A stretch of DNA of 34,531 nt from Octopus bimaculoides (taxonomy: Eukaryota): contig NC_068988.1 of NCBI RefSeq assembly GCF_001194135.2, positions 15,845,667 through 15,880,197 of the forward strand. Direction: 5' to 3'. Positions within the stretch are counted from its first letter, which is position 1, and each line of letters begins with the position of its first letter. Below, piece after piece: positions 33,863-34,531 of this stretch. Below the pieces are notes generated by a model. The model made no database searches. It had not been told where the DNA came from and saw only the letters and a program-made list of their open reading frames with translations. The translations under genes and the position numbers were made by a program.

Positions 33863-34531
33863 TACGTTCTGAGTAATATTGAGCTCTCTATTTATAAGTC
33901 GAAAGTTACTCTAATGGTTGAAGAAAATTGGAAATGTGTATCATGTGTGATGCAGAGACGCCAAGGAAATATGTCTTGCATATCACATGCGATACATAGG
34001 ACAGGCAAAGAGTTAATTATCTGCAATGCAAAGATTTTTGTAACGAATAAAATTTCGATTTCCCTTATCTCAAACCTGTCATACAGTACCGTTCTGTTCA
34101 TTTAATAATTTGACACAGTTCCAAGAGACCTATTTACAAGAAATGGGTTGCTTCACCGACTGAATTAGCATTCGTCTTTCTTAATTTATCTGAATCATGT
34201 ACGACCTTCAAGACCAGCTAAAAATCGTCACACAGAACCCGACATTACTGATGTCTCAAACGTCTCCATTCAGCTGTCGTTTCTTAAAGGTGAAAATAAA
34301 CAACCTTACCAATCTCACTAACCTTTGATTCCTGTCATCAAAAATATCCAGCTCCTGGGCATATCCAGTTTGTCAGCCAATTGGTAACGTTTTTTTTTCT
34401 TTTCTCTTTTTAACTCAGTTGTCAAGAATAGAAAAAGATAAAACAAAGTTTCTCGAAGGTCCTGGCCTTGAAGAATCTTAATTTTGTATTTCTCGAATAG
34501 AGTAAAAAAGAGTGTATATATATATATATAT

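Overview
This is a repeat-saturated, AT-rich animal genomic window with five N-gaps, four of them next to (TA)n tracts. Its SINE, RTE and mariner repertoire resembles an octopus genome; that species call is an inference from memory of the repeat families. I can support no intact host protein-coding gene. The long ORFs in the track are N-gap or microsatellite artefacts, and the protein-like ones are transposon remnants. Recognisable elements: many 3' ends of RTE-clade LINEs with (GAT)n or (ATGG)n tails, several tRNA-derived SINE families, a full-length decayed mariner (27128-28377), an R4/Dong-like retroelement bounded by (TACA)n, HERO-like restriction-like endonuclease (RLE) fragments, a probable LINE 3' end encoding C2H2 zinc fingers, and several palindromic MITE/foldback elements. 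The most notable observations: (1) three minimal type-I hammerhead-ribozyme-like motifs at different stages of decay (11645-11684, 18968-19003, 21951-21987), plus a related repeat copy that begins at the predicted cleavage site; (2) a 40-bp LINE-tail insertion with a perfect 17-bp target-site duplication (TSD); (3) apparent microsatellite targeting by the R4-like element. These are mobile-element findings. I see no evidence of a new host gene system.
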